Origin: Eubacteriales bacterium
GTDB taxonomy: Bacteria; Bacillota; Clostridia; Oscillospirales; QAKW01
Direction: 5' to 3'
DNA: 64,000 nt
Assembly (NCBI GenBank): GCA_045539135.1
Contig: JAZQET010000002.1
Span: forward strand, 593 to 64,592
Part shown: positions 51,601-57,898 of the stretch, one piece after another
Layout of the letters: each line of letters starts with the position of its first letter
Numbering within the stretch: position 1 is the stretch's first letter
Translations under genes and position numbers: made by a program
The notes under the pieces: model-generated
What the model was told of the DNA's origin: nothing
What the model saw: only the letters and a program-made list of their open reading frames with translations
The model's database searches: none

Positions 51601-53530
51601 CGCCGTTCATTGTGGTGGTGCTGTTTCCGCCGATAACGCGGCCGGCGGTCATATTTCCGCCGTAATATTGACGAAGAGTTCCGCCATTAATGGTGACGGT
51701 CACATTCCCGTCAACCCCGCCATAACTACGAGCACCGACATATACATCACGCAGGTTGGTTCGCGGACCGTCAATGGTCATTGTTACATTCTTTTGAACG
51801 GTGTTATTGCCCGCACCCCAAACGTTATTATTGTTGTCGATGGTGGGGTATCTGTATCTTGTGTTATAGAACTCAATGGAAACATCACCGTTTACCGTTC
51901 CGTTTCCGTCGCCTGCGCCGTAAAACTGTCTTGCATAGATGGCATTGCGCATCACTATGTTGATATCACCGGTAAAGGTCGTCTTTCCGGAAGGACCGCC
52001 GTAAACGTCCTCAAAATACGGAACCGCGGGGTCATAACCATAGGTGGTTTCGGTGTCGGTAAAGACATCCTCTACCAACGCTCCGGAGGTCAAAACATAA
52101 GAATTGGGAGTCTCAAAAGAGGTTGTAACATCTTTTTGCCCCAAAATGTAAACATTTCTGCTTCCGGTCACCGTGCCGCCGTAACCGCCGGAATACAAAT
52201 TGATGATGGTTCCGCCGGTGACATAGATGTCAAAGGTTCCGATGCGGGACACGGAGTTCACGCTTCCGCCATAGACGATTCCGTTTACATAGATGTTTCG
52301 GCCAAAGCGCCAAACCTGATTATGCTCTTCCGCCTCATTATCGGAGTGGCGGGCGGAAATTTCGGTATAAAGACCGCCGTTGACCACCGCATGATCGGTG
52401 GTGACCAACCGCAGGGTGCGGATCGCATGGGTGCGATACTTGGGCACACTTTGGTTCATCCGTGCGGTAAAATCGCAATAATAGGGGTTCTCGGTTACCG
52501 CATCCAAGGAATATGCATAACCGATGACTTCGCCGAATTGAGTTTCAGCGGTTGTGTCATAATTACTCTCGTTCACCTTATATTGCCAATTGGGATGGGT
52601 ATTTTCAAAGTGCAGGAAATTTACATTATCATAGCGGATGTTACCGAAAATAACGGAGGTACCCGTAGCTCCGGTATTGTTCGGCTTGAAGTTGAAATTA
52701 AATGCAGTATTCCCCAAGCTCTTGAAGGTGGCAGAGGTAAACACAGGAGAAGCCGGATCCGTTGTGCCACCGCTATAGCCGAAATACTTGGAAGAAACGT
52801 TGGTTTCTTTCACATAGTCAAGGTCGCCGGTGAGCATCACAACATAGGCATACGCATCGGAATGATCCTGATTATTATTGGCAGCACGAATCTTTTCAAA
52901 AACGGCATCCACAGAAGCCAAAGGCTCTGCCGCGATCAGACCGGTATAGGAATCGGATGCGCCGGTTTCACCGGTGCTGTTGGCGGTATCCACGGGGAAC
53001 CCGCTGTTATTGGTGTAATTATACACCATGGTGGTGTAAGGATTGCGAATAAAGTAACATTGACCCCAAAGAGCCTTTAGGGTCAGAGTATAGTTTCCAT
53101 CGCTTCCGCCGAGGAATGCTTCCAATACATCGAAGGTGATGGCGTCGCCCGGCTGGAAAACGGTCTCGCCGGGGATTTTTTCGGTAACATCATTATGAAC
53201 GATCTGCCAGCCGGTAAAGGAATAGGACTTTCCATCTACCGTGAAGGTCTCGGCATCGAGCCCGCCACTAACGGTAGGACGCAGATCGGGCAACACAATA
53301 CATTCGGAAGAGTTTACTGTTACCGATTGGGCATCGGAGGTGACGCTGACACCGGCAGTTCCCGCAGGCAGAGTGCCCACTGAATAGGTGATCTGAACGG
53401 TATCCCCCTCTTTGATATCAAGCGCGGCGCTGACACCGCCGATCATCATCAGGGCGCAAACAAGCAACACCAGTGCCGCCAAGGCGCCGATGCCGGTCCA
53501 TATTCGTTTTTTAGCCGTATATTTGCTCAT
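42620..53530 (-). CDS. Giant (3636 aa) secreted or surface protein built mainly of degenerate Y/F-GGG repeats, predicted to form a beta-helix
   Basis: Uninterrupted 10.9-kb ORF. ATG 53530 follows GGAGGAG. N-terminal signal/anchor KKRIWTGIGALAALVLLVCALMMIGGVSAAL. A Listeria-Bacteroides-repeat-like block (YSFTGWQI...LKALWG). By eye I count roughly 40 exact [YF]GGG motifs, plus YGG[CSNA]/YAGG variants, spaced about 20-25 aa apart between about nt 45450 and 51600. A non-repetitive tail of about 950 aa follows, with no LPXTG. Confidence 0.85.
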   Translation of the reverse strand: MSKYTAKKRIWTGIGALAALVLLVCALMMIGGVSAALDIKEGDTVQITYSVGTLPAGTAGVSVTSDAQSVTVNSSECIVLPDLRPTVSGGLDAETFTVDGKSYSFTGWQIVHNDVTEKIPGETVFQPGDAITFDVLEAFLGGSDGNYTLTLKALWGQCYFIRNPYTTMVYNYTNNSGFPVDTANSTGETGASDSYTGLIAAEPLASVDAVFEKIRAANNNQDHSDAYAYVVMLTGDLDYVKETNVSSKYFGYSGGTTDPASPVFTSATFKSLGNTAFNFNFKPNNTGATGTSVIFGNIRYDNVNFLHFENTHPNWQYKVNESNYDTTAETQFGEVIGYAYSLDAVTENPYYCDFTARMNQSVPKYRTHAIRTLRLVTTDHAVVNGGLYTEISARHSDNEAEEHNQVWRFGRNIYVNGIVYGGSVNSVSRIGTFDIYVTGGTIINLYSGGYGGTVTGSRNVYILGQKDVTTSFETPNSYVLTSGALVEDVFTDTETTYGYDPAVPYFEDVYGGPSGKTTFTGDINIVMRNAIYARQFYGAGDGNGTVNGDVSIEFYNTRYRYPTIDNNNNVWGAGNNTVQKNVTMTIDGPRTNLRDVYVGARSYGGVDGNVTVTINGGTLRQYYGGNMTAGRVIGGNSTTTMNGGKVTGVFFGGGSSGTTSGAILVTINGGTLDDTLYAALRYSAYAGTPKLVLNGGTLKNVYGGGTYNGQYQDGDKANKKIVTYSASVQGTDITVNGATITGTLYGGGYDAPVSGNTSIKVLSGSVANLCGGGQRKTTATLASQTGDVVATYDATVNATSVTVSGGTVGALYGGGRNASVTNDTLITVSGGKVTGSTYGGGYGGTVGGNTSVTIDGATVNRVYGGGCGLIDKTNYDATVGGSATVTVTNGSTAERIYGGGNYASVTGSAQVTINGGSKTSNVYGGCHQSGYTVGTAITVDISENSTVGNVYGGGDSGSFNGIPDLNISNSTVGVVYGGCYAGTVNGTDVSVENSTVNGVYGGGSTASATVNGNTNVSILNTNVLLSSSNNGAVFGGGHDGSVTGSVNLTLNNTTGETVKIDEELRGGCYSGSVGGDITLNVTNYTIDVRLFGGCFSGNVGGDILVNVNGGSVGTDICGGNHTGGSITGNVTLNLNGVQSAAVYGGSHSGGTIGGKITVNGYDGTSVTSQLFGGSRAVDYAGIPDVNIYGGSYNAVYGGGYSGSVAATDVQIYGGFVGTLYAGGGPGGGAVTGDTNLKMDALDPQATDMSVLNIRGGGSGQGADVGGNTNIFIRDVSNGDKKISIGHYTGESTVQEGSRNVLFGGGRYGAVAGTANITLLDCVIGDGSKPVSVYGGGFYPSATVGNVIWSLTNVTIKDTDVADDLASRFYGGGYFADVTENVTTTVAGQCDFDAHYYGGGFYGKVGDTVTNTIGGSSIFHRDLYGGGRIKGSHTHSDDVYKNQTFEYDAKVPLATTVIDGADIKVYGEVYGAGMQSTTEEAVLNIRSGRYGDFSANDTNDGNIYGGAYSGATGSSTVLIDGSAAVETERSVYGGGRMEGATNVSTVVTLNNPNAIINHYLFGGGIEGDVTQTTEVNIHAGKVDASVYGGCSTAMVGTENNANTAVTVNITGGDLKSVFGGGKGHADDENDSPVDAIVHGNIVLNILEGTDAYALDAFENIYGGGHSAKATVNGNITSTLDGITFKYFYGGGSNGIVNGNITNNATNFNLRDVYNAEGKITIGGDITFYGGGYRGAVNGNIVNNLTGTIQGTKVSYLKNFHGGGSESTAVVTGTGEDAITNNLTGQMGYVTVAEQELDVSGLTIGINLFGGGASAPVNGNIKTVLTDLDMRKTYSGGSIAGTYVYGGCNDAVIRGDVYLTLQGTDSDNLCKFRTVYGGNASNRIYGTTYVEVLDNVTTGRDFLVAGGRFKGPPIATVDATYLKIDGVHSVIGDTFGGGHQGNVLGDTHVEILNGTVEVVYGGGSDDTATVGGNAYITIGSAETAPIIENQVYGSGNEGGVVGNTYVDLYNGTFQKDIYGGGRYGTVGGDTNVVLHNGTLKENAFGGGYYAAAVANRTFITVEQATVAKSVYGGGNEAPVQTTATVTINGGQVNNRVFGGGYAKTAAVSDTKVYLFGGKILLDAFGGGNLAPTGTTEVYEIGTALTESIYGGGFQKGSDVYSPNVTVIGGTMSSVYGGGYDGAIIDNPQTKAMEGNTNVRIEGDPEEVLTIGETDYIPSDVLLKYLFGGGYRGTVEGNTNVVVHDASGRTYDWENRNVVVGVSSGVSRAIYGGSNLGKVNGTANLLFEDWCFGVSSAGGSVYMFGGGSAAGATVGATNFVIRNCYYRPNGGRGFGGGYKAEVLGDSSFVLEGITNYNGTFFGGGENAAVHGTATSKVLDNSHIEECLYAGGRYASAPVGNTHVVIDTQDQYLAEFGNKKFTLEHTLYGGGILGDVKGNTLIEFKNGSLNKSAYAGGDIANVGGTSTIKVSGNSKLNTNVYGGGRGDTRVAEVGNTVVLITENAQIKGGVYGGGEGVRSLVHGTTDVTIDQPRSFSVAENENDPVDPTSGKTDVVITLNGEGGSVGGSVYGGGNRGSVGAGTVIVGTNNAKLTEVGKTKVTVKNGYIAGSVFGGGRGEPTQAEPYQTSMGAVFGSTETNIYGGYIAGKNGVGGVYGGGEKSRVYAEVGQKAVTVNVDATVADTDIAIYGSVFGGGDRGEGDTMNTSIPTTVGDVEVNIIGETTAENRTTPTQIYIKQGGVFGDGNLCNTEGNRVVNIQNFGTGEEPRADGSTLKTLHSIQRADTVNLINSDVVLIGLEDALDSSDYEKYSISRVGALYMKEGSTVKLDSLVKFLGALHSDYQPERTFIDKGYNDVNNNYTGHGGQLENVEKLSNAEIAEYINNDVTLKNNHTAYNTVCIANGRYLTVADENGVYGPVTGLYTLELLNAVPGEGGGFVYGDITGSTGDFICTTPYSAMARSADGYMDVIDNVGKLVGEPDYSYYYWYISGNEVQYDLNIDGYIGINKQDYSDRVAFAYPTSDQTLHYVLESVAVNDTLAALLTGANAYDLLTSADAVANTANKAIAVEFKLSGESIGFLTKSGEKWALLDGTVKTGLEGVQVEDAGAASQISTNTLLTKKIDGTNNVLEVILYRSDAVTEWTEGMEVNLTLKAFQTTNGEVYQPIENGAHTHVINATMALRRMVPKQAIFAENRRNYVGVAGLTALHINEHSSFSVEVQTNYIPSAFPKINDSTFVTSLNISSLPIGTKITMADLTGTVPTFYYYIKKGNEATVDLMNFMQMGTEKPISQLAEKPAFVQAYEAQESEVVNERLLFVCDFEQVAESVWSGYNAETPYNGTLQVNHLYNSKEIMEYTDENDIASTAKELTFAIHPTVEGLDAFSMTFDTQSADGEDDAESESGVFPAKGTSQFDVVLTESIVAIDTRYYEGKFALKLQMYLDDSATPVDLPDGITFECDGVTYYPDGSNEFAVVGVDGFGTHTVNMNTDLFGITGVTGKVTLKATVYSAPEPVYFNSILTPRVGEASFTLGVAEEHHLLVHCENSPTNLLLDKSEALQFTLTTKQTGDDEAVVSVDAYRKVDGAYTESVDLGALFTEEHQALAQTDGAAVPYSWILSDTAPEGTYRLVYTFADRVEYLYFIVN

Positions 53531-53557
53531 GGAGCTCCTCCGTTTGGGGTAATTCCT

Positions 53558-54472
53558 TTAATAATTTGCGTGTTCCTTGATCGCAACGGTATAAACGCCG
53601 CCGCTCTCCTCTGCCACCAATTCGCCCACGGTGGAATAATCCTTGGTGGGATCGGCTTTGAAGAAATAGATCAAAATACTTTCATTTTCTTCCATAGGCT
53701 GGGTGGTGGTGGCTTGGTTCAAAAAGCCGCTGTTGGGATCATTGGTGGTGAGCACCAAGGAACCGTCTAAAATATGCTTACTGTTGGTATCCACCTGCAG
53801 CAGATTGCTTCCGCTGTTGACTGCAGACCAATCCAGTTTCAGATTTCCCGCATTGATGGTTTCCGATGCCATCACGATGAGGGTGGCATAGGTACCGCCC
53901 ACCTGATCTTCCACCCGATAGACCACAGGCTCAGGCTGACCGTGGAGCACAAAGTGAAGCTTCATTTCCTTTACATAGGGGTTGGTGGACTTCACGGTGG
54001 CGGTCACGGTGGTATTGCCTCTTAAGGCGGCATAGCCCACCGGCAGATTAACGGTATAGCCATTGATGGCTTTCGCACCTTTGGAAAGGGTATAAGAACC
54101 GGCGGAGCCTGCAGAAAAGCTATAGCCGCTGTAATCATTCCGATCGCAGGAAAGGGAAACGGTATAGCTCACATCCTTTTCATTGATCCGCAGGTCATCG
54201 AAGTAATTCTGCACCTGAAAAGAGAGGGATTTTGCCTCCCCGCCATAGAGATGGATCTCTTTGGAAAGATCTTTCTTCTCTTGGGTATCGCCCAAAAGAT
54301 CCACGGTGAAGTAAAAATCATCGGCAAGTACCTGACTCTGCACAGAAGCAAAATCTCTGATGTACTTTGCCCCCACCCCGATGATGGTGCCAAGCAACAC
54401 CACCGCAAGGCAGATGGCGACCAAAAGGATCACCTTGCGCCTATTCAATTTTGGCATCACAATTTCTTTCAT
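53558..54472 (-). CDS. Secreted protein with a TasA/camelysin-like (SipW-type) signal-peptide end; putative fibre or accessory subunit C
   Basis: N-terminus KLNRRKVILLVAICLAVVLLGTIIGVGAKYIRDFAS. Beta-rich body. 27 nt upstream of the giant gene. Start is uncertain: ATG 54472 or 54457, with TTG 54481 in the track. Confidence 0.6.
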   Translation of the reverse strand: MKEIVMPKLNRRKVILLVAICLAVVLLGTIIGVGAKYIRDFASVQSQVLADDFYFTVDLLGDTQEKKDLSKEIHLYGGEAKSLSFQVQNYFDDLRINEKDVSYTVSLSCDRNDYSGYSFSAGSAGSYTLSKGAKAINGYTVNLPVGYAALRGNTTVTATVKSTNPYVKEMKLHFVLHGQPEPVVYRVEDQVGGTYATLIVMASETINAGNLKLDWSAVNSGSNLLQVDTNSKHILDGSLVLTTNDPNSGFLNQATTTQPMEENESILIYFFKADPTKDYSTVGELVAEESGGVYTVAIKEHANY

Positions 54473-54473
54473 A

Positions 54474-55013
54474 TCAATCAATCTGCTCGCAACGAATCTT
54501 CAAAATAATGCCGTCTACCTGACGGTTATAAGTAAATGCACGGTTTTCCTCTTGGGAAACATCCCACTTCACAGTGAGATCAAAGGTCTTTGCGGTATCA
54601 TTGGGCGGAAGGGCAAAGGAAACGGTTTTATTGACATTGTCCACCTGAGCATCCAGCCCATCGCAAGCCCAAGAATAAAGCAAAGGCAAATTCTCGGTGG
54701 ATTCGGTGCTGAAGGTGCACCTTACTGCCACCTCGCTTTGGTTGGTCAGCACCACCGCGCCTTCTCTTTCCGCTACGGTAACGGCGGCATTCTCATTATC
54801 TACCTGAGGATCCAACCCGATGGCAAAGGCATGCTGAAAGTCCTGCCCCGATTCGGTGATGTCGAATTTTGCCACCCGCGCAGAGTCTCCTGCGCCTCCG
54901 TGGGTCACATAGCGGGCATAAAGACCGCCCATCAGGGTGCCGCTTACTAAGATCAAAAAGATCAGCACAACCAATGTAATATACAATGGATCTGCTCTTC
55001 TTTTGGTTTTCAT
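54474..55013 (-). CDS. Secreted protein with a TasA/camelysin-like signal-peptide end; putative fibre subunit B
   Basis: LVSGTLMGGLYARYVTHGGAGDSARVAKFDIT shares the motif G[TL][FY]A[KR]YVT..DSARVA[EK][WF] with 56781-57530. Both proteins end in QID. RBS is aaggggg. Confidence 0.65.
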   Translation of the reverse strand: MKTKRRADPLYITLVVLIFLILVSGTLMGGLYARYVTHGGAGDSARVAKFDITESGQDFQHAFAIGLDPQVDNENAAVTVAEREGAVVLTNQSEVAVRCTFSTESTENLPLLYSWACDGLDAQVDNVNKTVSFALPPNDTAKTFDLTVKWDVSQEENRAFTYNRQVDGIILKIRCEQID

Positions 55014-55029
55014 CGGCTGTGCCCCCTTT

Positions 55030-55683
55030 CTACTCTTTCATCTCGTTTTTATATTCCTGCTCCATCCGCTCCAGATCTTCCATAGTGACATCTAAATCGG
55101 TGTGAAGCCGGGTCTCCGCACGCAAGACGCGGATCTCTTCTTTGATCTTTTCCAGATCGGTATCGTCGCTCTTTTTCTCTTTCTGATAAGAGAATTCCAA
55201 AAACAGCAGGGCAAGCCCCAAAATGCAGATGACGCCGATGGGATTTTGCACCACACGGGTCACCGCGCCCACAAAGGGGATGGCAACCAGCAGCTTGCCT
55301 TTAATGGCGGTGAGGGGTACCGGATCATCGGGAGCATTATTGGCATCCCCTTGAGTAATGGCGGTTTCCCCCTCCAATTGAATGATTCGATGGATCACCA
55401 AGCTGCTGCCGCTTTGGTAAACCACCACATCTCCCTCTTGAAATTCTTCCGCTTCCCGAATGATCACCAGATCATCCACCGAAAGCTCCGGTTCCATACT
55501 GCCGGAGAGCACCACCGCCACGCCATAGCCGAAGGGCATAGGCAGGGCATTGCCCGCCACGCGGGCGGCGTTCCAAGAAAAGAGACCAACACCTGCAATG
55601 ACTGCCGCCACCGCTAAAAGGAGGATGCGGAAAATCGCCCGTCCGATCTTATTCTTCTTTGCTTTCTTCGGACTCTTCGCCAT
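55030..55683 (-). CDS. Signal peptidase I, ER/archaeal type (SipW-like), copy 2
   Basis: Catalytic Ser box VLSGSMEP, His box LVIHRI, and GDANNAPD. N-terminal and C-terminal TM helices plus a charged coiled tail. Confidence 0.85.
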   Translation of the reverse strand: MAKSPKKAKKNKIGRAIFRILLLAVAAVIAGVGLFSWNAARVAGNALPMPFGYGVAVVLSGSMEPELSVDDLVIIREAEEFQEGDVVVYQSGSSLVIHRIIQLEGETAITQGDANNAPDDPVPLTAIKGKLLVAIPFVGAVTRVVQNPIGVICILGLALLFLEFSYQKEKKSDDTDLEKIKEEIRVLRAETRLHTDLDVTMEDLERMEQEYKNEMKE

Positions 55684-56560
55684 CCGGCTCTTCTCCCTTC
55701 TTCTTGATGCGGGGTAAGATCAGCAGAACCACCAGCAATGCCAAAGCAATGGCGGCAACTGCGATCATCATGGTCAGGTTGGTATCGTCGCCGGTATCGG
55801 GACCCTCTGCGGGAATATCGGCTTCTGCGCGGGTACGGATGATCACCGTCATGGTGATATCCCGCTCCACCGCAAGATCGCCCAGCATCGTATCATAGAC
55901 ATCGGCTTCGGCACCGCCGCTTTCAAAGGGCCATTCCCATTCCAAGGAGTAGATGGCATTGGTATAGGCCGCCAAGGTGGCGGAATCGGAAACCGAATTC
56001 AAAACAGAAGCGTGCTCCATCTTCTCGGCATCGCCGCAAAGATAGCCGCCGTTATAATCCTTCATCCGTACATTGACCGGCAAGCGCAGATCGGGATCGG
56101 AAAAGACCACCTCGGTGCTCATGGTATAGTCCAAGGGGACATTTCCCGTGTTTTTCAAGGTAAAGGAATAGGTGTTGGCGGTACCGGGGGCGATCACCTT
56201 ATCGTCGCCACCGTCCACCGTTACCTGCTGTTCCCCGTTTTCATAAGAAATCTTGAAGATCTCCACAGGGGTCTCTGCCACCCAAATGCCTTTATCGTCT
56301 ACCACCTCAAAACCGGGGTTAAAGGTCTTGCGGTAAAAGGACTCATTGCCGGTGGGGGCACCTGCGGTGCTCTCTCCCCCATTGCTTGGATTCTCCTCTC
56401 CCGTTTCCTCAAAGGTGAGCACAATGGCGGGAAGATCCGGCTGTACCGACCGTGTGAGGCGGTAAAAGAGAATGGCAGAAGTCACAATAAAACAAAGAGA
56501 CAATACAAAGCAAAGGCCCTTTAACATCGAATGGATCTTCTTCAAAGAGGCTTTTTTCAC
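55649..56560 (-). CDS. Bitopic surface protein with a TasA-like core and a C-terminal sorting-signal-like anchor
   Basis: GTG start 56560 follows GGAAGGAG. N-terminal TM. IAPGTANTYSFTLKNTGNVPLDY block. The WEWPFE motif is shared with 56781-57530. The C-terminus is GPDTGDD plus a TM, then RIKKKGEE and an acidic tail ending SKEE. Confidence 0.65.
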   Translation of the reverse strand: MKKASLKKIHSMLKGLCFVLSLCFIVTSAILFYRLTRSVQPDLPAIVLTFEETGEENPSNGGESTAGAPTGNESFYRKTFNPGFEVVDDKGIWVAETPVEIFKISYENGEQQVTVDGGDDKVIAPGTANTYSFTLKNTGNVPLDYTMSTEVVFSDPDLRLPVNVRMKDYNGGYLCGDAEKMEHASVLNSVSDSATLAAYTNAIYSLEWEWPFESGGAEADVYDTMLGDLAVERDITMTVIIRTRAEADIPAEGPDTGDDTNLTMMIAVAAIALALLVVLLILPRIKKKGEEPDGEESEESKEE

Positions 56561-56692
56561 TTTATATCATCTCCTTCCTGCTTGGAACAAATAAAAAAAC
56601 GCATTTTTCTTGAATTTTATCTTTCTTTTATAAACACAAAAAACTTTTTTCAGAAAAACGCACCAATTCCAAGGAACTCACGCGCTTTGCTG

Positions 56693-56734
56693 AAAAAAGT
56701 ATAGCAGTCGGCCGGCCACGTTCGGCCGACTGCT
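56693..56734 (-). terminator. Intrinsic terminator immediately after putative major subunit A
   Basis: 12-bp GC-rich stem agcagtcggccg/cggccgactgct, followed on the minus strand by atactttttt. Confidence 0.75.
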
Positions 56735-56780
56735 TGTTCGTTATACTTTGACTTTTACTTATTAGATGGGTAAGTAAAAA

Positions 56781-57530
56781 TTAGTCGATCTGAGTGATGG
56801 TAGCGGTGATGGTCAGAGCAACGGTTGCAGCGCCACTATTGTCATCGGGATTAGCAGCAGCATTACCCAAAGCGGTATCCTTTGCGTCGTTAGCAGCGAT
56901 TTCGTCTGCATTTGCACCAACTTCAAAGGGCCATTCCCAAGAAACCTGAACGTCATTGTTTACAGCAGACAGGTCCTGATTGGTGTGATAACGAGCAGCC
57001 TTTGCAACGATAGCAGCCTCAACAGCCTCTTCAAACTCAGTTGCAGAAGCATAAGTCGCACCGTCGAAAACTTCAGCAGGAGTTGCACCCTCACCATCAT
57101 CAATAGTGATTACCAAGGGGCAATAGTATGCACCCTCAACAGTCCATTTTTGCAGATCCAGATCAGCAACATAGGTAACCTGAGTATCTACTTCAGGAGT
57201 ACCAGTAACATTCAAAGCGGCCAAAGAACCCTTGGTGCCGGGAGCAACGATGTTGGTATTATCAGCTTTAGCCTGAACAGTAATAGTATCTACATCTTCA
57301 TCAACAACATAAGCAGTAGCAGCGTTGCCGGATACCTTATCTTGATAAGAATCACCAAACATAACGCCGGTAGCTTCGATGGTAACACCCCATTCAGCAA
57401 CGCGAGCGCTGTCGGTAGCAGCAGGGCCTTTGGTCACATACTTAGCGAAAGTTCCGCTGATCATGCAGGTGGACAAAAGGGTCAGAACGAGAACAACACA
57501 AGCGGCTCTCATAATTACGTTTTTCTTCAT
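56781..57530 (-). CDS. Secreted protein with a TasA/camelysin-like signal-peptide end; putative major fibre subunit A
   Basis: N-terminus MKKNVIMRAACVVLVLTLLSTCMISGTFAKYVT..DSARVAEWGV (compare camelysin GGTFAYFSD). IVAPGTKGS block, WEWPFE, C-terminal QID. Strong AAGGAG RBS and its own terminator. Confidence 0.7.
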   Translation of the reverse strand: MKKNVIMRAACVVLVLTLLSTCMISGTFAKYVTKGPAATDSARVAEWGVTIEATGVMFGDSYQDKVSGNAATAYVVDEDVDTITVQAKADNTNIVAPGTKGSLAALNVTGTPEVDTQVTYVADLDLQKWTVEGAYYCPLVITIDDGEGATPAEVFDGATYASATEFEEAVEAAIVAKAARYHTNQDLSAVNNDVQVSWEWPFEVGANADEIAANDAKDTALGNAAANPDDNSGAATVALTITATITQID

Positions 57531-57723
57531 AGTGAAAAACTCCTTTCATTTTATGCGTGCATTTTGCCCTGCACGCGGGAGCAATTTTTTGCGCGAAATC
57601 ATCGCGCCCGATAAGATCCCATCACGGGGGAAAACTAAACCGGGCATCTCGCCCATCCGCGGAGACACCGCGGTTTATATTCATCCCCGGCGTGGCTCCG
57701 TGGGATCAATACCTTGATTTGTT

Positions 57724-57898
57724 GAGTAGAGCAAAAGCAATTTGAGCCTGTTTTGATCGGCACATTTCCGCTCGCTCTACGTTAAAATGCTTGTGAATAC
57801 ACAAAGTATTCACTGCGCTTTATGCCTTGATCGAGCAAAAATCTGCTCGATCAAAATCCACTTACAAGAGACAGGCACAAATTGCTCTTGCTCTACTC
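57724..57898. repeat. 28-bp imperfect inverted repeat bracketing a 119-bp segment in the sipW-to-subunit-A spacer
   Basis: gagtagagcaaaagcaatttgagcctgt (57724-57751) against acaggcacaaattgctcttgctctactc (57871-57898), 26 of 28 complementary. The interior holds the hairpins gtgaatac acaaa gtattcac and ttgatcgagca aaaat ctgctcgatcaa. Confidence 0.8.

Noticed and set aside
42755-53080. Series of long plus-strand ORFs (968, 250, 242, 388, 383 and 470 aa, among others) antisense to the giant gene
   Set aside because: The GGN-rich repeat codons of the giant gene read as stop-poor NCC/GCC strings on the other strand. The translations are low-complexity and broken into many pieces, whereas the minus strand is a single 10.9-kb frame with a strong RBS.
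57531-57723. Cyclic-di-GMP riboswitch in the subunit A leader (the hairpin loop agggcaaaa resembles the GEMM-I GGGCAAACC)
   Set aside because: Only one short segment resembles the consensus. I cannot reconstruct the rest of the GEMM-I or c-di-GMP-II architecture by eye. It is kept only as something to test with Infernal, not as a call.
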